Positions 51,671 through 64,000 of a DNA stretch of 64,000 bases are shown here, in pieces (the stretch's first letter is position 1; every line of letters begins with the position of its first letter). The notes under the pieces are model-generated. The model did not search any database. It saw nothing but the letters and a program-made list of their open reading frames with translations, and was not told the origin of the DNA. The stretch lies in NCBI RefSeq assembly GCF_006345805.1, contig NC_042997.1:1116001-1180000 (forward strand), given 5' to 3'. The position numbers were made by a program, and so were the translations under genes. This DNA is from Octopus sinensis (taxonomy: Eukaryota).

Positions 51671-53610
51671 TATCAAGCGGTTATTTTAAACAGAATCGCC
51701 AGTTATGCGGTCAGACACCAAGAACAAACCACAATGGTCTTACGTTTGAACTATCCTGAAGAAACTAATTGCTATATTAATATATACATATATGAATCCT
51801 TGGTATTAAGGATTAACAATGCTATGCCCTATTACAATATAGGCTCGAGGCCTGGAATTTGGGGGAGAAGGTTAGTCGGTATGACAAACTACACTACCTG
51901 ACTTTATGGAACACTGCGTGGCAAAAGCATAGCTGAGTTCAGCGGAGTTTGAAATTAGAAACGTAGAGATCCGGAAAAATATAGTGAGACACGATTTCGA
52001 AATCCGCTATGATTCTACCAATCTACAATTAGTAATGCTTCCTCATTTGCACACATGTACAGCATTTTTTGTGGGGAGGGAAGAGGATTAGTCGATGACA
52101 TCGACTGCAGTATTTGACTGGTAATTATGTTAACCACTCAGATTGGATGAATAGCAAAATGATAATTACATAATCCTTAATTGCAAATGACAGCACAGAA
52201 AATTATCTTTTCATCGAGAAAGAATCATAAAATTAAACAAAAGATAAAGACATTTGATTGTAGTTAGGTGTAGATTTTCGAAAGAGAGTGGCGTCCAATT
52301 TTGAAATCAATTGTGCAATAGTTTTTCAGCAAAACTTTTGCTATATATATGAAATATTAAGAAATGAAAATGCAGCTGTAGTTATATCACAATAAATATT
52401 TCACTCGGCTATGTATATTTAATAAAATTGCAACTTACTCTACAAGCACTGCAACAGTTTAGAATACTATGCACAGCCAGGAACTACAGTCTGTAAGCAT
52501 GGAAATGCATAACTCAAACTAATTATCTGGAATAATTCTAAACCATCAAATATATACTACACGAAACTGACATTGTAAAAATTAGACAGCATAAAATGTC
52601 TGTAATGAAAGACCTCTTTTTCTGGTTCTGCTGGTATAGGAACACACAGGTCTAACCTCACCATTTAAATACCTGAAAGTACAAAATAAAGCTTCTTAGC
52701 TATATCTAGTAATATAAAAGTCAGGAGGAACAAAATGTCGTGTAATATACATTAAACTCTGATATCAAGAACATAAAAAACAATAAAACATTCTTGTTCT
52801 TAACTTCGACACAATAGCATTAGCTAAATCTCTGAAAACCTCACCTACATAAAAGTAACAATATACAAATATATATATAAAGCAAATACGTAGCAAGGAT
52901 GTCCGGATATCAGTGAATAAAGTCAGGATTTCCCGGTATCAGTGGGAGTCGAGTATGGCTCATTCTTGATACCCACTATTCCAATATGCTCCTCCAAATC
53001 ATAGTGGGCTGTAGGGGTACATAACTTATTTATTAAATTCATTCTGCCTCAGAAAGAGAAAGGAAAATAATTGTAATTATTTTGTTGTTAGTACTTACGT
53101 ATGTTGCGTTAATGAAAAATGGTCTATTCTTTATGTTGGAAATCTATATGGGTGGCTGCACCCAGGGGAGCGGTATATTTGAAATTAATGTAATAGAATG
53201 CATCCTACGTTGCAAAAGAAACTTCATCAGGTTACATAATACGTTATAGTGTTATGATATGTACATTTCGTTACTGTGTGACTGGATGTTGTTGCTATGA
53301 TTCGTGGGTTTGTAGTAAACAAATTCAATAATGAGGCAGGATGTTTGGAATGATTCGAATAGTGGTAGGTAAAGGATACAAAGATCAGAATAGCATTTGA
53401 CACAAAAGCACTGTAAAGGCTTTATAGAAAAATACTATAAATGTAATATATAAAATAACATAATATTATTTAACCTGAATAAATATAAAAACCATAAATG
53501 ACCAACAAATTGTTTCGACTTACATATGTTTTTCTGATATACATAATCACAGTTCCATTACATATATATACATATACATACATACATACATACATACATA
53601 CATACATACA

Positions 53611-53642
<32 letters not shown>

Positions 53643-53790
53643 CATATACATACATACATACATACATACACACACATATATATATATATAAATATATCAC
53701 TTCAGGCTCTTTGGCTATTTAACACACAACTTTGAAGGATATTTTTTTCTCAGTTTCTTACTTTATATATATATATATATATATATATGC

Positions 53791-53821
<31 letters not shown>

Positions 53822-53941
53822 GATATATATACATACATATACATACATATACATATTGACGAACGTGCACATACGTGTATGTACGCATATAGATACATAT
53901 ATATCCATATATATCGAGATATCAGCATCCATATATATATA

Positions 53942-53992
<51 letters not shown>

Positions 53993-54671
53993 GCACTCTA
54001 TACGCGTCTTTATACATAAACATATCCAGGTGTTCAGTGTATGGTGTTAATTACAGTATTGGGGTACTGCAATTTGGCTATTTAGTGAGTGTAAGAGTGG
54101 GGGGGGGGTGTCATACTGAAATGGATGAATGCATGCAGCCTGCAATCCTGTCGAATAATTTGTTGATGCGTATTTCTCTTGTTAAAAACATGGACACATT
54201 TTCTTGAGAGCTTAACCCGTACATCCGCGAAAAGGGTGGGTTGTATGGTTGTGCTTGTCTTAGAAGTGCCCAGAACAGTTCCTAATTAATTTCTGATTCT
54301 AATTTCCACAGATAACCCGCCAGAGATGTTGCATGTATCGTAGGCACGATTTTGAAGTTTGATATGTAGTTGCGATCTTGATACTTAAAAGCATCAGTTT
54401 TTGCACCCATATATACATACTGGCCACACGCAGTGCATTTATATACGATATTTATATACAGATCGCTAAGAGCAAACAGCAATAAATGCTCGAGTAGAGA
54501 GAAATCCGTATGCCCATATATAATACACGTAAAGAGCAGCAAATCACCCCCATAAGCATATATAAGTATGCATTCACATATATGCATTTATATTCATATA
54601 TCTACAAATATATATGAATATACGTTCATATATATATATGTATATATACATGCACACACACGCGTACACTC

Positions 54672-54723
<52 letters not shown>

Positions 54724-56167
54724 TGTGTGTGTGCGTGTGTGTATGTATGTGTGTACAATTACACACAAACACAAATACATATATGCATGCATATATTTCT
54801 CAATACACGACTGCATTTCGGGTGTTTGGCATTAAGTTGTTATGGTCAATCAGTCAACATTTCTATGTATTTATCCTTGTATTGCTCTCGCTAGTGATTC
54901 GGAACGTGTTTCTGGCAATTTCCTTTTGAATTGAATGACAAAACCCGTGAGTAGTATATATGCATTAACTCAGAAAAATATATTAATAACTAACATAGTA
55001 GAAAATACAGGTTTCTGTCAGTTTTGCAATGATTATCTATGGTAGGGAATGTAATACATTACTGACCAACATTGGTCTATCAGATGACTGAAATACTCGT
55101 CATACTCACGTATCTATAAACATTAGATGTTCAACGTAGCTCACATAGAGCTGTGTTACAGCATGCAGCAATGCTGACCAATCAGAACGCATATAAGTCC
55201 TTGAAAAGACATTGTCATCTTCATTACTTTCTGGAATACGTTATGTTGAACAACTTCTGTATCAGAAAACAAAGCAAGGACATTATAGCGTAGAGGCAAT
55301 TGCATCCCTATCATTTCCGTTGGTTCATCTGTTTTCAATAGATTTCGTTCCATTCAGAATTCTGTAAACATAGATACAGAAGTGTATGCGAAGAAGTTAG
55401 TATTTCAATAGCAGAGGAATACGAAGTGGTTTATTATATAGAGCACTAATAGGAAAAAAGGAAAGAAAGGTTGTGTAGAAAATTCCCTATTGATTTACCT
55501 CCATTTGACTAGAAAATATTTTATTTCAAGAAATAATTCGTAATCGATACAATATCAGTGTCACGTTATTGAAAAGACCAAAGAAAATAAACTATTTTTG
55601 CCTATGTAAACACATTTAAATATTCTATAGTAGATGGGAAATTGGACGTAGACAAATCATTATAGAATCAATATATTTTTCTGGTCAGATATGCCAGAAA
55701 GTAATATATTAAATATTTCGTGCGTCGTGGAAAGTGTGATACTAAATGAAAAATAAAAATAAAACAAAAACGAATAAAAACATTAGATTAGTAATCTGGC
55801 AAAGGTGGAGTCACGTGTCGAGTCTATTAATATTAAAATAGCAATCATGAATCTACCACAATAAAAATTATGGAAACTCATAGTTTAATAATTTGTCATA
55901 AAAATAAACCGAGACAAGTAACTTTGGAAAATATCTACTATTCTTTTCCTTTATTTTCCTGACAAGATAGGTAGTTTTTTTCGAAGCTCTCTTTCTCTTG
56001 TAGCATATATATATATACATACATACATACATGCATACACACACATATATATATATATGTACGTATGTATATACATACATATGAGCATATATGCACGTAT
56101 CTATCTATCTATTTATCTATCTATATGTGTGTGAGCATATATATTATATATATGTATATATATATGT

Positions 56168-56288
<121 letters not shown>

Positions 56289-56533
56289 ACGAACTAACAT
56301 TACATAAAACTATTTCTTCAAATATTAATCGAGTTTTCTATAGTAATTAAATCTACCAAGTAATAAAAAATCGCTGCCACATATTTCAAAGTATACATCT
56401 TCTTTGATGAGAATCATGTTCACGGGCGAAGAGTTCGCGGCATAGACTTTATGATAATAATAAAAATTATCACTACCCACCAAATTGAAGTATATATAAA
56501 AAAGTATATAGAAATATATAAAGCATATTTAAA

Positions 56534-56609
<76 letters not shown>

Positions 56610-57386
56610 ATGCATATATGTGTTTGTTGTACGTTGCGTTTTATTGCTCTTCAACGTGATATTTTTTTGTTTTAGACTTTCTTTTCATTTCGCTTCATGT
56701 TTGGTTAATTTGTAACGCGATATCAACACCTTTAGTTTTGACTATAAATTTACTTCCCCCAAAATATCTGTGTCGCTTGGATTTTGATGAAATTATTTCT
56801 CTCAGCAACATAACTAAAGCCAACTTTTTTTTTAACTCTTTGAAATGCATTCTATAAAACTAAATAATATGTACCAACTGAAAACGAAACTGAAATATAT
56901 AAAAAAAGCATGAGTTGTATAACAAAAATTAACATCACACTCTAAAAGATCACCCTGCTTTCATTTGACTAAGTTTCCCAAACATGTAATGTCGCATAGT
57001 GGCTATGAAATATAGTTTAGAAATGGGTTTCATATCATTTGCCATGAAAGCTATGCATTTTAATAAATCATGAAAAGTGTTATGAGTACGAAAGAAAAAA
57101 ACAACAACTATCATCAAAGTTTATGAAAACCAACGGAATATACACACACAAAATCAATAATGATTTTACTGAATACAGACCTTGAAGATTATGTACAGCG
57201 CATAAATTGGAAAGAAGAGTTCCTGAGCATATTGATATTTCAACTCAGGTCTGATGATATTTTAAATATAATAACATATACAAATCAAAAATGGTCTGCA
57301 GGACATTCGGTTTTAATTTATACTATTTCATATAATATACGTTTATATGCACGCACTCACACATGTATATATATATATATAATCTT

Positions 57387-58199
57387 AAATAACCAGAACA
57401 TGGAGAAATATTTTGATCAACCAACAAATTGACCAGCATCGTTTAATAATTTTTTAGTACAAAACTTGACATTGCTTACGGCCGTTTCGGCTACAATTGT
57501 CAGTCGGTGCACACAAAGCAAGTTCCGAAAATAATATTCGTCATCTTTATAGCACATTCGATCTAGTACATGGAGCTTCTTCAGAGTGAATACAAATGCA
57601 TAAAATGTAAGAAGAGGGAAGAGAAAATAACAGGGTCTCGAGATGAAGCAAGAAAGCACGATAAATTAGAATCATAGCATTTTACAGTGTGAAGCTTGAA
57701 GTCGATAGGCAAAAAGTAAACTAGCAAATAATCTAGAAAAATAATTGGTGGGTGATCTCTTTTTATAGGGGTACCGGAGAGTATAAATAATAATAAAATA
57801 AAACTAGTAAATAAAGCAGTAATCGCCAATAAATCTAGAATAAAAGATAGTACTTGTGATTTCGTAAACAGAGCTAATTAATATTCATCCAGAAACATAT
57901 CTGTGAAGTTTATACAATAGTGCACTTATTGAAATATTCTAGAGACCAAACACCTGCTGTTCGTAATTGAATTGACCAGAGTCCATCCATCTCTACAACC
58001 GGTCACTTACATTCAAAACCGAGGGTCAGCTAAGACCGTTAAAGAGGTAGACGTAAATAAAGAAGTCGGTTTATTTCCTTCTTTATTTACGTCTAAGTAA
58101 TTTACGGCCGTAAGCAATGTTAAGTATTGTATTATAAAATAATTAATTGGTGTTAGTGAATTTAGTTGATCAAAAGTTTTCTCCAGTTTCTGCTTATTT
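57387..58199 (-). mobile_element. Short PLE-type element with inverted pLTR arms (57387-57485 vs 58104-58199)
   Basis: The arms are reverse complements; the full hammerhead is on the left; a weak GIY-YIG tail-like remnant (W.IQLRT..FGL.N, frameshifted) lies on minus near 57945-57990. Confidence 0.7.
57475..57586 (-). ncRNA. Hammerhead motif with intact core and long stem II insert
   Basis: ct CTGAAGA agct...~90 nt...agcc GAAA C GGCC G TA ag; GUA triplet, palindromic loop III. Confidence 0.72.
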
Positions 58200-58681
58200 T
58201 AAATTTGATTCCTAATAAACTCTTGTTTATTCTGTTATTACCTGTAAACTATAATCATAGTGTGCTTGCATACCTCATGCCCAGGGTTGACATAGGTAAC
58301 TGATACCGGCAGTAAATACGGTTATTCTTATCCCTTAAACAGTTATTCCAGCCGCTATCTGTACTTAACTATACACACACATACACACATATGTATGTAT
58401 GTATAGGTAATCGAAACAGCTAGTTAGAAAATCTTTATGATAGATTAAAGTAGTTACTCTACTCAGAAATAATGTTTCTCGCCATTTAAACAAGGCTGTT
58501 GCGTACCAACCTACATTGTTACTGTTAGTAGATTATAGGGGTTCACCTACACCTGCTGCCTGCAATACATATCGGATATAGATGACTTTGTTAAACAACG
58601 AGATGATTCGTCCTCTTGGGGTTAAAAAAGTTGTAACGTCTATTCGTACGAAACAACTATGTCGAATTGGCAACAAACATA

Positions 58682-59498
58682 CAGGGTGCGGTGAATAAAT
58701 TATCATCTAAATTACGCAAAAATGAAAATAACACTGACATCCCATTTTGGCAGATATATTTACAAAAATTACATAAAAATATCTTGAAACACAAAAAAGT
58801 AAATTTATTTAATAAAATTGCTACTTCCTTCAACTACAGCCTGCAGACGACTTCGGCATCTCCTGCAAATGTTTTGGGTGGTCTCCCCGTTTGAGTTGGT
58901 GAATGCTGCTGTTATCCGTGCCTACAGTTAATCTTTGGTGCTAGAAGGAGATTTGTTGGTCTCTGTCTTAACTATGTCCTACTCATAATAGTCAAGGGGT
59001 TGGGTTGCATTCTGGGGTGTTTGGTGTCCAGATGTTAGGAGTGATGTGGTCGCAAAAATTATTTGTCAACCATGACTTGATTCTCCAGCGTGTGTGGCAT
59101 GGTGCAGATTTTCGTTAAAGACAAGGTTTTACAACAGCTACCCTCAAGATCCAGAGCAGCACTACCCACTCCTGTCACTTGATGTAGGTCTCCGTGTTGA
59201 ATCTGAATCAAAGTATAACGTCGCCGTCAATAGTGACGTTGACGACGGGTTGTTTGATTTTTATCACACTCGTTACCCGCCCTCAAATTGCCATCCAAAC
59301 AATCTGAAATATTCGTATTGGAGCTTCCAGTGAGAATGGCAAGCAACACAGCTTGTCATTTCAAAATTTCTGGCAGAGTCAATTGCATCATGTTACCCAA
59401 CTAAGATTACTATACCGTGTAGTCGAAAAAAAAAATAATAAAAACGTATTCGCTAAATTAAAAATATAAAATGGCGACAAACTATCCATCGCACGCTG
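58682..59498 (-). mobile_element. Old maT/DD37D-like transposon, deleted
   Basis: TA-flanked degenerate TIRs cagggtgcggtgaata / cagcgtgcgatggata; remnants SAPCHT..WLTNNF..W.PN.PECNP.DYY. Confidence 0.72.
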
Positions 59499-59529
59499 TA
59501 TATATATTAAGTGCATCTAATGAGTATAT

Positions 59530-61017
<1,488 letters not shown>

Positions 61018-61174
61018 TATGCATATATATATATATACAAATTGAGATAGGGGTTCTAAATGCAACCCTCCATGGGATAACATATATCCGATACACTGCT
61101 AGTGAAGTAAACAACAAAGTTAATACATAAATGTTAAGAATTGCAATGCAATTAATTCATTTACTGTATTATAT

Positions 61175-61571
61175 GGGCAAAGGAGTGGCTGTTTGGTAAG
61201 TAGCTTGCTAACCAACCACATGGTTCCGGGTTCAGTCCCACTGCGTGGCATCTTGGGCAAGTGTCTTCTGCTATAGCCCCGGGCCGACCAATGCCTTGTG
61301 AGTGGATTTGGTAGACGGAAACTGAAAGAAGCCTGTCGTATATATGTATATATATATAAGTGTGTGTGAATATGTCTGTGTTTGTTCCCCTAGCATTGCT
61401 TGACAACCGATGCTGGTGTGTTTACGTCCCCGTCACTTAGCGGTTCGGCAAAAGAGACCGATAGAATAAGTACTGGGCTTACAAAGAATAAGTTCCGGGG
61501 TCGATTTGCTCGACTAAAGGCGGTGCTCCAGCATGGCCGCAGTCAAATGACTGAAACAAGAAAAAGAGTAA
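61175..61571 (+). mobile_element. SINE family C, complete
   Basis: B-box-like gggttcagtccc, CORE-like ttgggcaagtgtctt, tail gactgaaacaagaaaaagagtaa. Confidence 0.9.
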
Positions 61572-61598
61572 GGTAAAATGTTTTACCACAAATTAATA

Positions 61599-62026
61599 AT
61601 ACAAAATAAGAAAATGGAGAAATACATCTAAATGAAATATCAACTACCAGATAATACCCAATCACATACTTTATTAAACCACCACATAAGAAACTTTAAG
61701 GTCAAACATAATATTATAGAACAAAACAGTGTACACGAATGAGTAATATGATACAGTAAGTACAATATGTATAAGAGAATATAAATAAATATAAATAAAC
61801 ATAAATATATATTTTTATATTTATATTTATTTATATTTATTTATATTCTCTTATACATATTGTACTTACTGTATCATATTACTCATTCATGTACCCTGTT
61901 TTGTTCTATATTATTATGTTTGACCTTAAAGTTTCTTATGTGGTGGTTTAATAAAGTATGTGATTGGGTATTATCTGGTAGTTGATATTTCATTTAGATG
62001 TATTTCTCCATTTTCTTATTTTGTAT
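61599..62026. repeat. Near-perfect spacer-less palindrome (~428 bp)
   Basis: atacaaaataagaaaatggagaaatac... is mirrored by ...gtatttctccattttcttattttgtat; centre ~61812; only a few mismatches seen. Confidence 0.95.
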
Positions 62027-62121
62027 ATATATATATATACAATAATAAATATTAGGGAATAAATCCAAACTTACAGGGAAAAATCAGATTTAGGATTGAA
62101 TCCAATTTATAGTAAAATATT

Positions 62122-62488
62122 ATATTATATAAATTAGAGACAAAACCCCTATTATGCAAATCAAACAAAGACAGACTTAATCCAATACATAAATTAATTT
62201 ATATTATTTAGTAATTTAACAATTATTAATATCCACTACGATTGTTTCATGTCTTCTTTTCATCACATCTTTGAGTAGTAGACATTCTTCAGGTGGTTTC
62301 AAATATTCTTGGCGAGTTTAAACTATGAACTACTACTCAAAGATGTGATGAAAAGAAGACATGAAACGATCGTAGTGGATATTAATAATTTTTAAATTAC
62401 TAAATAATATAAATTAATTTACGTATTGGATTAAGTCTTTCTTTGTTTGATTTGCATAATAGTGGTTTTGTCTCTAATTTATATAATA

Positions 62489-62489
<1 letters not shown>
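62122..62489. repeat. Inverted pLTR pair (62122-62281 vs 62330-62489, 48-nt spacer)
   Basis: Direct reverse-complement match; same family as 10681-12431. Confidence 0.9.
62233..62296 (-). ncRNA. Intact hammerhead motif
   Basis: CCAC CTGAAGA ATGTCT...AGACAT GAAA C AATC G TA GTGG: full core, 4-bp stem I, 6-bp stem II. Confidence 0.85.
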
Positions 62490-62531
<42 letters not shown>

Positions 62532-62711
62532 TACTTAATATGCATTAAGTGAAAACTACAACAATACTTAAAGTATACAATACATTAAAATTAATTAATA
62601 TACACAATGCTAGTACAAGCCATTAATATTGTAATCAAAATAAGAAATGGTTCAAATATAGACAAACTCATCAAATAAGCTAACTATATAATTAATATAT
62701 ATGTGTAGTAT

Positions 62712-63112
62712 CTATATGGCTCAGAAACCTGGACGTTATCAAAGAAGCTTGAGAGGCGGTTGGATGGAACCTACACTCGCCTCCTTATGAGAGCTCAAAA
62801 TCTCTCGTGGAGGCGCCATCCAACTAAAATGCAAATATATGGGAAATTACCACCTGTGTCATCTCTTGTGAAGGGTAGGAGAGTCCAGTTTGCTGGACAT
62901 TGTTGTAGAGCTGAAAAAGAAGTAATTTCTACTCTTCTCCTCTGGAAGCCATCTACTCGCAACACCAGAGGGCGCACACTCTCCTACCCTGATGTAATCT
63001 CCAGGGATACAGGCATCCAGCAACAGGACCTCCGTAATGCTATGATGGACCGTGAAGTCTGGCGCAACATGGTAAATTCCATTGTCTCGACCACGGTCGA
63101 ACAATGATGATG
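62712..63112 (+). mobile_element. 5'-truncated RTE-group LINE 3' end with (TGA)n tail
   Basis: LYGSETWTL..RLDGTYTRLL..RRVQFAGHC..MMDREVWR; tail tgatgatg; possible TSD atctata at 62710-62716 and 63113-63119. Confidence 0.88.
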
Positions 63113-63401
63113 ATCTATAGATTTAATATATCACTCAATAATATAGTTGACTAAATATCAATTAATATAATACCTATTAGTTTACAATTTACTTAATCAT
63201 CGGTATATTATTGTTATTTTATTTTAAATATTTCTATTATATGAATTTTCTAGATGGTGTAATTTAATTATTCATTTTGAATTGATAAAAGCTTTTTTGT
63301 TTTCTAATTTTTATATATATATATTATATTTTGTGAAAGTTGATTTAGTTTTCTAAATTGAATTTTTTCCTGTAAGTTAGGAATAATATTCCCTCAAATA
63401 A

Positions 63402-63467
<66 letters not shown>

Positions 63468-64000
63468 TCTACACTTGTATGCATACATACATACATACAC
63501 ATACATATAAGCACTCATATCTCTGTCGAGGTAGATGTAGGAGTATTTGCTAACACCAAATTTCAGTCAATGCACGAGTGTGTTAGACTGGTTGGGAAGG
63601 AGAATAAGACTACCAGAAATTTATCAAATGGCGCTTAGAACAGACTCCATTATATCTTTCTCAAGAGGGAGGGACGTGATGCAGAAAAAACGAGCATAGA
63701 GGATGGTAAAAACTTGCCTCAGCAAAACTTATGTTTGTGTATTGGACTTTCTCTCCCTACACCTGTAGGTGATTTCAGTCATCTTCGGTCTTGTAGTGGA
63801 TATGGTAAGATATCGGCTCCTGCATTCACTCACAGACGGAGTGTAGCAGATTATACTCTCAGCACACCAGTTTTAACGCGCGCACGCACACACACACACA
63901 CTAACAAACACACGTTTCCTTTCATTCTTTTATTCTTTTAGATACATTTCAGCCCATGCTAGAACATGAATTTAGCTTCTAGTGAAACAGTGAGTTCGAA

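Noticed and set aside
55156-55370. 65-aa minus ORF with an upstream ttacag acceptor; similar isolated splice-like sites at ~28760 and ~37300
   Set aside because: No recognisable protein similarity or consistent exon chain; expected by chance.

Overview
This is an AT-rich, microsatellite-saturated animal genomic window. The SINE families and repeat landscape point to an octopus/cephalopod genome (inference). I cannot support any host gene; everything I recognise is mobile DNA. It contains Penelope-like element (PLE) fragments with RT and GIY-YIG remnants, RTE, CR1 and Tx1 LINE fragments, and three tRNA-headed SINE families. DNA transposons include two ~1.3-kb mariner (DD34D) copies, Tc1 and maT remnants, non-autonomous Helitron-like elements and foldback-like elements. 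The main unannotated signal is about 12 minimal type-I hammerhead ribozyme motifs (CUGANGA...GAAA, palindromic stem III), read by eye on both strands. They lie at PLE 3' ends, in solo ~220-bp units, in a tandem pair defining a 208-nt monomer, and in long inverted repeats whose breakpoints fall inside the ribozyme. Other oddities are a spacer-less ~428-bp palindrome, five tandem copies of a mariner left end, a SINE with an inverted head, and dimeric SINEs. Coordinates were read manually, and element edges may be off by several bases.
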